64,000 nucleotides of DNA from an uncultured Candidatus Peribacteria bacterium (GCA_964346765.1 CAYFWB010000001.1:226087-290086); one strand, 5' to 3'. Positions 42,180-53,396 are shown, counted from the first letter of the stretch. Numbers and translations are program-made. Notes: generated by a model from the sequence alone, not told the origin.

Positions 42180-44642
42180 ATGGCGAAGTTGATTAAAAAT
42201 TTGGTCGTGGTGGTATTGGCGATTATTGTGATGTTTATATCGCTAAGTTTTGAAGCCGGTATAAAACCTCAAGAGATAACAACTTTCGCCAAGGATGTGA
42301 TGATTATGCCTATTAATGAAAGTGTCGTCCTTGTAAGGGACGGTGAATCGTCAAAAGTTAGCGAATCGAAAAAAATAAAACAGGGTGATCAAATTACAAC
42401 AGGTGAATCGCAATATTCATCAATTGAATTTGATGAATACGGTGAAATCAGATTGGCGCCTTCTTCGGAATTTGTTTTTAATGCCGAATATGATAACGGG
42501 TATGTATTTGAATTGGTTAAAGGTCGGGCATGGGTTAATAATCTTTATACTTCTTCACGTATTAATATTATAGTGGGAGGAGCTTTATTGATGCCCAGAA
42601 ACGCTTCGTTTGACATTGTAAACGACGGGATTGTGACAAAAGTGAAGGCTTTTCGCAATCATGTGAATACAGGCTTGATTGATCCTTCTTATAGCCCTAA
42701 GCAAATTCTTGAGTATAAAGATTCGGTTTTGATTAACAGTTTTTTGGTGGCACAGGGAAGTCAGGCTTCGGTTTATCTAAGTAAAGTGATTAATAACGCG
42801 GATGCCCTTAGTAAACTGCTTTATTCCAAACTGATTAAAGAGTTTCAGTACGGGTTGATGAATTTGGATCAACTTAAAGAAGATGGGTGGGTTTCATTGA
42901 ATTTAGAGGAGGATGAAAAGCTGTTTAATAGGGTTTCACAAAACGACACGGTTAGGATAGATTCTCGCGGATTAAAATTTTCTTCATTGGATTCTTTTTC
43001 TTATAGTCTGGATCAGCTTTTTAACAGTTCCGCCGATTTATTAACTTTTTCAGATAAAAAGCACTTGGAAAGATTGATGAACAGTATTTTTGATCATTTA
43101 CTGGATGCGGAATATTTGTTGGTTTACAGCAGAAATGCGGAAGCGGCGGAAAGATTGAATTTGTTCACGGCGGATTTGACTCGGGCTTTGTCCGAACAGG
43201 ACAGTGAGTTTAAGTCTATGGTTATGGATAGACTGAGATATAATTATTTCAGTCTAAATTATGTGTTGCCTTCAAATAATTTGTTTGACGCCAAAGAAGC
43301 CGTGGGTGATACGTTAATTGCTAATTTGGGCAACGAAGATGCGGAATTGGTTGAAAAGTTAGACCTTATTCGTGATTATCTTAATTATGCTTATGCTTTG
43401 GCAGAGGTTGATGCTTTGCAGGCTAAGCTTTCTCTGGAAAAATATTATAATAAGATAAAGGATTTTATTGAAACTGCGGGATCATCTCTTGGTGAGCTGC
43501 GATTTTTGATTTCTGAAGATAATCAGATAATGGCCAATTTGTTAAAGCAGTATTCACAATTTTATCAGGATGGATTTTTTGCGATGAAGTCTTATCTTGA
43601 AAATGAATGGTTGAAACTTCTACCTGAAGGAACGGCTAAAATGGAGGAACAGCAGACTCTTATAAGTACCAAGATAGATTTTCTTAAACAGTTGCAGTTA
43701 TTTTTTCTTACTCAGAAGGTAACTTTAAATGATGCGAGAAAAATTGTTGTGCGTCTGATCAATGAGATTAGGGATTTACAAACCGACGCGAATGTGGCTG
43801 TGAGTGATTTGTTCGAATTGAGGTTGAAGGATTATGGTAATTTTCTTCAATTTCTAAATTCTACAACGGTCAGCAGTTTGCGTCAGGGGTCTATTCAGGA
43901 TCAATATGACAAATTTTTAGCCGCGCAGGAGGAACAGGTTTCGATTGAACAGGCGATTGATCAGTTTTTTGGTGAAGGTGAACTCGACCAACAATCGACG
44001 GTTACCGCTAATATGATTTTTGAACAGGCGTCTATAGATTTTGAAAAAGTCGGCGTGACGGATCTGAAATTGGGTGGGCTTAATTCTGTGGATCAACAAT
44101 ATATTGATGTTTTAAGAGGGGAAATAGGTGATACTCAATTTTCTGCAAAATATGATTGGGATAAAAAACAGATATCTCAAATTAGAGTAGGCACTCGGGT
44201 TGTTTCTCGAAATCCGATCAGGTTAAGTAATTTGCCTATTTTGTTGGCTCCGGAAGAAGAAGAGGTGATTACTCCTCTTCAACCGAAGGAGCCGGAAGAA
44301 CCTTCGCAGCCTGCGCAACCCCAAACATCTTCGGCGGATAGAGTGGCCAAAATATTGTTGCTTAAAAAGCTGCAGGCTAATGATGTTACGGCGGCGGAGG
44401 AAAATATTGAAATATCTGACACAGTGAATCAGATATATGTTGTCAATGGTGCTGTATTGCTTTCGAACGAAAATGTTCAGACCGCATTTATGTTTAACAA
44501 CCGTGATGACGAGGTTTCTTCATTGATAGTTCGTACTCCGGACGCAGATTTGAAACTTGATGGGACATATAGTCTAAGTGAATTGAGCGGTGTGGCGACG
44601 GAAACATATAATTCTGATCCAACGGCGGTGTCTTCTCAATAA
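42180..44642 (+). CDS. large membrane-anchored protein with an N-terminal FecR-like domain (820 aa), function unknown
   Basis: TM helix followed by a FecR-type beta domain (VVLVRDGESSKV...IKQGDQITTGESQYSSIEFDEYGEIRLAPSSEF...VKGRAWV). The rest is helical and unassigned. Confidence 0.6.
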   Translation: MAKLIKNLVVVVLAIIVMFISLSFEAGIKPQEITTFAKDVMIMPINESVVLVRDGESSKVSESKKIKQGDQITTGESQYSSIEFDEYGEIRLAPSSEFVFNAEYDNGYVFELVKGRAWVNNLYTSSRINIIVGGALLMPRNASFDIVNDGIVTKVKAFRNHVNTGLIDPSYSPKQILEYKDSVLINSFLVAQGSQASVYLSKVINNADALSKLLYSKLIKEFQYGLMNLDQLKEDGWVSLNLEEDEKLFNRVSQNDTVRIDSRGLKFSSLDSFSYSLDQLFNSSADLLTFSDKKHLERLMNSIFDHLLDAEYLLVYSRNAEAAERLNLFTADLTRALSEQDSEFKSMVMDRLRYNYFSLNYVLPSNNLFDAKEAVGDTLIANLGNEDAELVEKLDLIRDYLNYAYALAEVDALQAKLSLEKYYNKIKDFIETAGSSLGELRFLISEDNQIMANLLKQYSQFYQDGFFAMKSYLENEWLKLLPEGTAKMEEQQTLISTKIDFLKQLQLFFLTQKVTLNDARKIVVRLINEIRDLQTDANVAVSDLFELRLKDYGNFLQFLNSTTVSSLRQGSIQDQYDKFLAAQEEQVSIEQAIDQFFGEGELDQQSTVTANMIFEQASIDFEKVGVTDLKLGGLNSVDQQYIDVLRGEIGDTQFSAKYDWDKKQISQIRVGTRVVSRNPIRLSNLPILLAPEEEEVITPLQPKEPEEPSQPAQPQTSSADRVAKILLLKKLQANDVTAAEENIEISDTVNQIYVVNGAVLLSNENVQTAFMFNNRDDEVSSLIVRTPDADLKLDGTYSLSELSGVATETYNSDPTAVSSQ

Positions 44643-44695
44643 AGTATTTTTAAGCTGACAGGCGTAAAATATTGTGATATATTCCTCGCGCTTAA

Positions 44696-46624
<1,929 letters not shown>

Positions 46625-46652
46625 TTGACATTTGTTTTGTTGGATCTATAAT
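46625..46652 (+). promoter_or_regulatory. sigma-70 consensus promoter (TTGACA-16 nt-TATAAT) for rpsU
   Basis: Perfect hexamers at 46625-46630 and 46647-46652. An AAGGGGGTGA ribosome-binding site lies just before the ATG at 46696. Confidence 0.5.
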
Positions 46653-46695
46653 ATCAAGGCTTAAATTAATAATACAAAGAAAGGGGGTGATATAA

Positions 46696-46902
46696 ATGGG
46701 AGTATCAATAGAAAAAAATCCAAAAGAGTCTCCGGACAGATTAATATCGCGTTTTAATAAAAAAGTGCAGGCGAGTCGCATTTTGTTGGAAGTTAAAAAT
46801 GGTCGATATTATGTTAAACCAAAGACCAAACGTTTGCAGAGGAAGTCCGCTATTATGCGAGAAGCTTACAGGACAAAGAGAAACAAAGAGCAGTATTATT
46901 AG
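46696..46902 (+). CDS. rpsU: 30S ribosomal protein S21
   Basis: 68 aa basic protein with the S21 pattern (ESPDRLISRFNKKV...YYVKPKTKRLQRKSA). Confidence 0.85.
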   Translation: MGVSIEKNPKESPDRLISRFNKKVQASRILLEVKNGRYYVKPKTKRLQRKSAIMREAYRTKRNKEQYY

Positions 46903-46909
46903 AATAATT

Positions 46910-46943
46910 GAGTCCCGCCCGGCTAAGGGCGGGACTCTTTTTA
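46910..46943 (+). terminator. rho-independent terminator after rpsU
   Basis: Perfect 11-bp GC-rich stem GAGTCCCGCCC/GGGCGGGACTC with loop GGCTAA, followed by TTTTTAT. Confidence 0.75.
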
Positions 46944-46959
46944 TGTATGTTGTTTTAAA

Positions 46960-47817
46960 ATGACTATTGCGGAGATAATTAAAAAAGTGGGATCGGAATA
47001 TGGAAGCAGTGATGATTTAAAGCTGGCGGCGGATGTGTTGCTGGCTCATGTTTTGAATAAAACAGGGGAAGAACTTTTTATGAATTACGGATGTGAGGTT
47101 GAGGAAAGAGACGAGAGGCGTTTTTGGGAATGTTTGAGCAGGCATTATAGGGGTGAGCCGGTTGCATATTTGATTAATAATAAGCAGTTTTTCGGTTTGG
47201 ATTTTTATGTGGATAAGAATGTTTTGATTCCTAGACCCGAAACTGAAATATTGGTTGAAAAAGTTTTGGATTTTGCGAAAAAGTGTGAAGCGGAGGATGA
47301 TATTGGTTTGTTATCAGTTCTTGATGTTGGAACTGGCTGCGGGAACATTGCTGTTTCTTTGGCTAAAAACATACAGGATGTGCATGTTACTGCAGTTGAT
47401 ATTTCTGCGGAAGCGTTGGAAGTAGCTAAAAAAAATGCTCTTACGCACGGAGTTTTTTCTAAGGTCGATTTTATGGTTTCCGATTTGTTGTGTAATGTTC
47501 ATGGCGAATTTGACGTGCTGGTGGTCAATCTGCCTTATATCGGAATTGAAAAATGCAACTTTGTTAGTAAGGAAGCTTATGATTATGAGCCGCATGTGGC
47601 TTTGTTCGGTGGGACTGATGGTTTAGGGCTGTATGAAGATTTATTTAAACAAATTAAGGAAAAAAATATGAATCCGGCTTTAATCTTGGGGGAGTTTGGA
47701 TTTTTGCAGGCGGAAAAAATGAGTGAACTTTTAGCGAAGTATTTCGGATTTGTGAATTTTGTAATAGAAAAGGATTTGGCTTCAATTGAAAGGGTGTTCA
47801 TGATAAAATCATGCTGA
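46960..47817 (+). CDS. prmC: peptide chain release factor N5-glutamine methyltransferase
   Basis: SAM motif LDVGTGCGNIA and the NLPY substrate motif. It ends in TGA, 1 nt before the prfA ATG. Confidence 0.88.
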   Translation: MTIAEIIKKVGSEYGSSDDLKLAADVLLAHVLNKTGEELFMNYGCEVEERDERRFWECLSRHYRGEPVAYLINNKQFFGLDFYVDKNVLIPRPETEILVEKVLDFAKKCEAEDDIGLLSVLDVGTGCGNIAVSLAKNIQDVHVTAVDISAEALEVAKKNALTHGVFSKVDFMVSDLLCNVHGEFDVLVVNLPYIGIEKCNFVSKEAYDYEPHVALFGGTDGLGLYEDLFKQIKEKNMNPALILGEFGFLQAEKMSELLAKYFGFVNFVIEKDLASIERVFMIKSC

Positions 47818-47818
47818 T

Positions 47819-48889
47819 ATGTTTGAAAAATTGCAAAAAATAGAAGATGAATTTCTGGATTTGGAAAAAAAGATGTCGGATCCGGAAATTATTCAGGATC
47901 AGGCCGAATTTACAAAACTTGGCAGGCGTCATAAGGAGCTTTCGAAATTGGTGGAGTTTTTTCGTGAATATAAGAAGCTAAAAAAAGCTCATGATGATGC
48001 GGTGGATATGCTTGAAAACGAAAAAGATTCGGAAATGATTGAGATGTTGAAAGCGGAAAAAGAGGAATCCGAAGGAAAAATTGAAGATCTAAAAGAAAAA
48101 TTGAAGATAGAGCTTTTACCGAAAGATCCGGAAGATGTAAAAAATTGTATTGTGGAAATCAGGGCTGGTGCAGGTGGAGAAGAGGCGGCTTTGTTTGGCG
48201 CGGAACTGGCGAGAGCTTATATGCGTTTTGCGGAAAATAGAGGTTTAAAGATTGAACTCATTTCTAAAAATGAAGCCGCGGCGGGTGGAATCAAGGAGAT
48301 GATTTTTAAGCTGGTCGGTGATGGTCCATACGGACTTATGAAATTTGAAAGCGGTGTTCATCGTGTTCAAAGGATACCGGTTACCGAAAGTCAGGGCAGG
48401 GTTCATACTTCCACAATAACTGTTGCCGTGCTACCGGAAGCGGAAGAATTTGATGTTGAGATTAAAGATTCGGATTTAAGGATTGACGTTTTTAGAGCCG
48501 GCGGGCCGGGTGGTCAGAGCGTTAACACTACAGATTCTGCCGTAAGAATTTCTCATATTCCCACCGGTATAGTTGTTTCACAGCAGGATGAAAAATCACA
48601 GTTAAAGAATAAGTATAAAGCTTTGACAGTTTTGCGTACGAGGCTTTACGCGATGGAGATTGAAAAGCGTCAGAAAGAGCTGGGTGACAAGAGGCTGGAG
48701 CAGATAGGCACGGGCGACAGGTCTGAAAAGATCAGAACATATAATTTTCCTCAGGATCGTGTTACGGATCATAGGATCAAGCAAAGTTGGAGTAATTTGC
48801 CCGCAATTATGGAGGGAGGACTGGATGATATTGTGGATGCTTTACAGCAGGAAAATCAGAATTTAATGCTAAAAGATTCAGGTCATTAA
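47819..48889 (+). CDS. prfA: peptide chain release factor 1
   Basis: The PVT tripeptide anticodon context (RIPVTESQGRVHTS) marks RF1. GGQ motif present (GPGGQSVN). Confidence 0.95.
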   Translation: MFEKLQKIEDEFLDLEKKMSDPEIIQDQAEFTKLGRRHKELSKLVEFFREYKKLKKAHDDAVDMLENEKDSEMIEMLKAEKEESEGKIEDLKEKLKIELLPKDPEDVKNCIVEIRAGAGGEEAALFGAELARAYMRFAENRGLKIELISKNEAAAGGIKEMIFKLVGDGPYGLMKFESGVHRVQRIPVTESQGRVHTSTITVAVLPEAEEFDVEIKDSDLRIDVFRAGGPGGQSVNTTDSAVRISHIPTGIVVSQQDEKSQLKNKYKALTVLRTRLYAMEIEKRQKELGDKRLEQIGTGDRSEKIRTYNFPQDRVTDHRIKQSWSNLPAIMEGGLDDIVDALQQENQNLMLKDSGH

Positions 48890-49117
48890 TTTATCTATAA
48901 CTCATGATTATTCCGCGGTGTGTAAGTAGTTTGATTAGGTTGTATCCCAGAATTGCGTAAATTAACATAATCAGTCCACTGATCCGCGAATAACCAGTTT
49001 TTTATTGATTTTTTCGGGTGATCCGTGTTTTTGGGTTCAGGCCATGAGGCTCCGGTAATAAGAGCAAGAGAACCAATAACACCTGTTTTAAAAATGTAGT
49101 TCATATTGAAAAGTCTG

Positions 49118-49618
49118 TTATTTTTTTGAAATTTTTTTTTCGAATTTGATCAGACTGTCCATTTGTACAGCTGTGAGATTTATAAATTTTCTTACCTGTT
49201 TAATAAGTTGAATGGCTTCTTTCAGTTCATATCCGGTACTGATAAGGTAAGCTATCAACATTGTCGGTCCCCGCCCGACTCCTGACCTGCAGTGTATATA
49301 AATTTTGCCTCCGTTGGCAATTTCTTTCTTAATAAATTCGATACCCTGTTCTAGTTCTTTGAGAGTAGGGGAATGTCTGTCTTTGGTCGGAATGTGTAAA
49401 GTATTTATTCCGGCAGGTGGCTGTTTTTGTCTCATGCTTATTACGGCCGTAATTCCCCATTTTTTAATTTCTGTGATTTGGTTTTTATTAAATGCTCCGC
49501 CCAAATAAATTTTGGGCGTAACTTTAACTGTTTTCAGAATTGAATGACCATGAATCATCCGTGAATAAAAATCTTTCAATAGTTGCCATTTTATTATAAT
49601 CCAGTTGATTATCTTCAT
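49118..49618 (-). CDS. dual-specificity (Cys-based, HCX5R) phosphatase family protein
   Basis: Active-site loop IHCRSGVGRGPT. There is a 4-nt overlap with the upstream lipid kinase gene. Confidence 0.75.
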   Translation of the reverse strand: MKIINWIIIKWQLLKDFYSRMIHGHSILKTVKVTPKIYLGGAFNKNQITEIKKWGITAVISMRQKQPPAGINTLHIPTKDRHSPTLKELEQGIEFIKKEIANGGKIYIHCRSGVGRGPTMLIAYLISTGYELKEAIQLIKQVRKFINLTAVQMDSLIKFEKKISKK

Positions 49619-50394
49619 GGAGTTATTAGCTGATAGTTGTTAGGTATTATTTCAATCTTAATTTCATTTGTTTCATGAAAATCGTCATCTATTGACCAGA
49701 CGTTTTTTTCCTCGGTTTTAATATTCAGTGTTTTGAACCGCCAATGGTTTTTGGATATATAAATGGGGTCGTTTACACTTATTAAATCCAAAATTCCGTC
49801 CGAAGGATCTATTTTTTCATTGATTTTTAATCCGGCAAAACCAATAGTGGAAAAATTAGAAATAAGAATAAGATTAGTTTCAATTTCTTTATTTTCACCG
49901 TCAATGTTCAAACGGTATTTTTTGGGTTCGTATTTAGTTCCTTGTGTTATGGCTTCTATGTAAGCGGCAAGTCCTAGTCTGTTTTTGTCTTCTCTGCCTA
50001 CATGCTTTAGTGTTTCCGCGGGTGGGCCGGCATATGCTCTTAAAAATCTTTTTTTGCCGTTTAACACAAAAGAGTCAAAAGTTTTTGCGTTGCCGTTGTA
50101 GAGAAGTTGCATGGCGTCTTCAAGCTTAGTGGGGATTTTTAACTCTTTTGCGATTACGTTTCCGGTTCCGCCATGAAGAGGTAGGACGGGACAGTTACAT
50201 TTGGGTAAATATTTTGTTAGTGTTCCGTCACCGCCATAGCTTACTGCCGCGTCAAAATCTCCTTTTATATAATTTTCGGTTTCTGTTACATAAACGCTCC
50301 AGTCAATTTTATTTTTACGGAAAAATCTGTTCATTACCGCAAGAACGGGGAAGTCTTTACCCGCGGCGGGGTTAATTATACAGAGTACTTTCAT
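49615..50394 (-). CDS. diacylglycerol kinase catalytic-domain lipid kinase (YegS/DagK-like)
   Basis: INPAAG start and the GGDGTL nucleotide-binding motif. Confidence 0.8.
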   Translation of the reverse strand: MKVLCIINPAAGKDFPVLAVMNRFFRKNKIDWSVYVTETENYIKGDFDAAVSYGGDGTLTKYLPKCNCPVLPLHGGTGNVIAKELKIPTKLEDAMQLLYNGNAKTFDSFVLNGKKRFLRAYAGPPAETLKHVGREDKNRLGLAAYIEAITQGTKYEPKKYRLNIDGENKEIETNLILISNFSTIGFAGLKINEKIDPSDGILDLISVNDPIYISKNHWRFKTLNIKTEEKNVWSIDDDFHETNEIKIEIIPNNYQLITP

Positions 50395-50575
50395 GGGGTT
50401 TTAAAAAAGTTTTGTTTGTTTAAAAATATCTTAAATAGTAACAAAATCAAAGTAAACCATAATATGTCCAAATAAATAGTCGGTCGGAACATCACTGAAT
50501 CAGTGCACGTTGATTATTGATCTTCCAAGGTCGATTGAGACAATAAATATTAAATTAATAATTCCGAAATAAATT

Positions 50576-51382
50576 TTATAGGTTTGTTTTTCTAATTTTT
50601 TTTGATTTAAACGCGATCCAGCAAATTGTTAAAACGAATAGAACAAGACAAATAATCAGGGTTGTGATGATGTTGGGATATTGTCCGGCGAATGCTTCCG
50701 CGGATGTGTGTTTTAATAAAATACCTCCATATGCCCAAATAAAAACAGCCAGATATGAAATGTTTTGGTCTTTAAGTCCCCGAATGATACCAATTGCCGC
50801 CCCGACAAGTAAAATAATAATAGTCCAGATATTATCCGCGATTCCGAATCCGTCCCAGTTAATGCTTACAAGAAACACTGTAATGTTTGCTATAGTCGCG
50901 ACTGTGATCCAACCAAAGTAAATGCTGAAAGGCAGGCGCAGGCAAATGTTTTCAGTAAGTGAAAAATCTTCTTTATTAATAATATCGGCCAGCATGATCA
51001 AACCCGTCAAAAAAATGATCATGATTGTGACAGAAAGCCAGATTATTCCATAATGCCAGGCGAATATCCATGAAATGTTGGCTACTGATGTTAGGATAAA
51101 AAGCTGGCCTATTCTGTTTAATAATTGTTGTTTTTGATTGTCCGGTTTTTTACCGAACCAACCAAATTGATAAACAACATAAATTGCCAGTAGTACGTAA
51201 ATAAGTCCCCAAATGGAAAATGTCAGTCCGGAGGGGGTGAATAAATTGGGGTATGAATCGGACGCTTCGCCGGTGGTCACGCCGCCAATCGGGAGTGCGT
51301 TTGCAAGGTAGTTAACTGTTATCATTGCAACGTAAGAAACTGCTACCAAAATTTGTAGGAGCAGATTTTTTGTTTTTTTCAT
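50576..51382 (-). CDS. TspO/MBR-related tryptophan-rich membrane protein (long form)
   Basis: Polytopic and Trp-rich. The N-terminal pattern (NYLANALPIGGVTTGEASDSYPNLFTPSGLTFSIWGLIY) is as in ~270 aa TspO-like proteins. Confidence 0.6.
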   Translation of the reverse strand: MKKTKNLLLQILVAVSYVAMITVNYLANALPIGGVTTGEASDSYPNLFTPSGLTFSIWGLIYVLLAIYVVYQFGWFGKKPDNQKQQLLNRIGQLFILTSVANISWIFAWHYGIIWLSVTIMIIFLTGLIMLADIINKEDFSLTENICLRLPFSIYFGWITVATIANITVFLVSINWDGFGIADNIWTIIILLVGAAIGIIRGLKDQNISYLAVFIWAYGGILLKHTSAEAFAGQYPNIITTLIICLVLFVLTICWIAFKSKKIRKTNL

Positions 51383-51767
51383 ATTTTTTCGTTAATAACT
51401 AAATGCAATTTTCGCATTATTGTTGGTCGAAAGCAAATTTGATCAACACCCCGGGGTCATTTCTACTGGAAAGTCGTATTCCGGTATTTTATTGCAATCG
51501 TAGTTTTCGTTCCCGTCAAAAGCCAGAGTTTACTTACCGTCAACTTTGGCTGCTAGAAAGTAGCCGGAATCTTCTATGCTGTGTGGGAAAAATGAAACAG
51601 TGTCTCTTGCGTGATTTTCTGTTTCCTGTGAAATTGAAAGTTTAATTTCTGAAGTTGATTTGTCATATTTTCCGCTTGATGACCGAAGGGCCTAGAGCCC
51701 AGCGTAGCACGAAGCGTAGTGATAAAAAAAATTTTTTTATGAATTTTTTGCTAAGAAAGAAAGACAC

Positions 51768-52220
51768 CTATTTTTCCCAAATAATTCCTTCACATCGCCC
51801 TTTAAGATAACCATGATGAATGAACTTGGAAGAACCGAGTTCCATAACACCTGTTTTGCCATAGAAACGACAAGCTTTACAGGCACTTTTATATTGCACT
51901 GTCTCAATTTTAGACTCACCGTTTTTTTCCTTGGTGTGATAGGAACAAACTTTCTCTTCCTCAAATGTGTCGCAGTCAAACACTATGCCGTCATCGTCAC
52001 GCTCGAAGTAGGCGGGGTCACAAGAAATAAGATTATTTGGAATAGAATCTGCGGTATCTTCTTTATTGTTTTCATTAACAGCCTTTTTGTCTAAATTGGA
52101 AAGGTTATTGTCCGGCTCACTCTTTTGGCTGCAACCCGAAATAAAAAAGGTCATTATTACTGACAATAATATTATAATCTTCTTTTTGTCTAAACTTTTT
52201 TTAATAGTTTTGTAATCCAT
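51768..52220 (-). CDS. putative lipoprotein, Cys-rich C-terminal domain (150 aa)
   Basis: Signal peptide with a lipobox-like FISGC. Confidence 0.55.
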   Translation of the reverse strand: MDYKTIKKSLDKKKIIILLSVIMTFFISGCSQKSEPDNNLSNLDKKAVNENNKEDTADSIPNNLISCDPAYFERDDDGIVFDCDTFEEEKVCSYHTKEKNGESKIETVQYKSACKACRFYGKTGVMELGSSKFIHHGYLKGRCEGIIWEK

Positions 52221-52273
52221 TACTCCGATTGGTGTTAGCCCCTCTTTGATGATGTTTTCCGAAGAAGTTAAAT

Positions 52274-52486
52274 TTAAGCCAACTCTTTAGTCCAATAATG
52301 AGTGAAATATAAAATAATTAATCCTATAAAAATTGAGATCCAAGAACTTAATTCATAATTATTTGGAAATAAATAAGTATCCATAATACCCCAAGCACCT
52401 CTCCAAAAAGCAACAACAGAAAATCCTATTAGAAGGGTGAATAGTGCTTGTTTAAATGGTTTCAATTTTTTAATTCTATGTAACAT
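52274..52486 (-). CDS. small two-TM membrane protein (70 aa), cassette ORF
   Basis: Two hydrophobic helices. It is flanked by GTTAGCCCC (52234-52242) and GGGGCTTAT (~52516-52524), a decayed cassette-end inverted repeat. Confidence 0.45.
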   Translation of the reverse strand: MLHRIKKLKPFKQALFTLLIGFSVVAFWRGAWGIMDTYLFPNNYELSSWISIFIGLIILYFTHYWTKELA

Positions 52487-52573
52487 AATATGATTAATTA
52501 TTTATAGTATTTTTTGGGGCTTATATTTAATTGTAATTAATGTCCAAGAGTATGCGATGTTGTGCTGATTTTA

Positions 52574-53152
52574 TTAAAACTTCAAAGTTGAAATAATATC
52601 TTTTAATGATTTGTTGTCTCTTTCTGTCCAATAAACCTTAAAAGCGACTATTTGGTTATTGTTTTTCGTGTAATACGCTGTTACATCAAACATATCGCTT
52701 ACTGTGATTTTAATGAAATCATTGTCGCCAATTTTTATCGTTTTGTATTTAATGCCGGTTTGTTCGGACATTTCCGATAAGGTTTCTCCCGGTAAGTCGA
52801 AATCGACAATAATTTGTTGATCTAATGTGTTGTTTGATGTTGTGGCTTTTATTTCTACTTCTGGTATTTGACATGTGTCGCAAGCTACAGGCGGATTTAT
52901 ATGTCTTTGATAACCTTCTGCTGTCCAAAGACCTTTTTCATCGGCTGTATATTCTATTGGATAGGTAAATGTAAATCCGTTACCTTGAAATATTTTTCCG
53001 GTTTCAACGACTGAAGCTGGTGTTTGATCTTCCGTTTTTTGAGTAATTTGTGGAGTCTTCACTGTTTTGTTTTGTTGCCAGAAGTAAACGCCACCTCCGA
53101 CAACGACTGCCGTTATAATGACGGCTACAATGATTTTCCATGTTTGGTTCAT
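52574..53152 (-). CDS. N-terminally anchored secreted protein (192 aa), cassette ORF
   Basis: Signal-anchor WKIIVAVIITAVVVGGGVYFWQ. The anchor and both flanks are paralogous to cassette 60515..61186. Confidence 0.6.
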   Translation of the reverse strand: MNQTWKIIVAVIITAVVVGGGVYFWQQNKTVKTPQITQKTEDQTPASVVETGKIFQGNGFTFTYPIEYTADEKGLWTAEGYQRHINPPVACDTCQIPEVEIKATTSNNTLDQQIIVDFDLPGETLSEMSEQTGIKYKTIKIGDNDFIKITVSDMFDVTAYYTKNNNQIVAFKVYWTERDNKSLKDIISTLKF

Positions 53153-53215
53153 ATAATTTTTAATTAAGAATTATTTGAATTATATATTAAGTCGCTTTTA
53201 AAGTAGCCCAATTTT

Positions 53216-53326
53216 AGCTAATTTTTGCGTGTAAACGAAGTTTTTTGTATTGGTATAATATGTCCGGAGGGCCACCAATGCAAAAATTTAGGATGAGCGA
53301 AGCGAACTGTTTATATGCTGTTAGTT
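53216..53326 (-). repeat. attC-like imperfect palindrome (partly decayed)
   Basis: AGCTAAT...GTTAGTT, left arm TTTTGCGTGTAAACGAAGTT, central hairpin TTTTTGTATTGGT/ACCAATGCAAAAA. Confidence 0.5.
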
Positions 53327-53396
53327 AGAAATTTTTTTTTAATCAAAATATTAGCGAAGATTTCTCCAGTATGAGAAAGCTTCTTTTTTTAAGGGA

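Noticed and set aside
48895-49104. 69-aa minus-strand ORF between prfA and the phosphatase gene.
   Set aside because: It has a possible signal-like N-terminus, but no recognisable family, no clear ribosome-binding site and an odd composition. The evidence is too weak to call.
51403-51645. 80-aa plus-strand ORF in the boundary zone.
   Set aside because: The translation is Cys/Leu/Arg/Ser-rich and not protein-like. The opposite strand looks like a frameshifted remnant instead.
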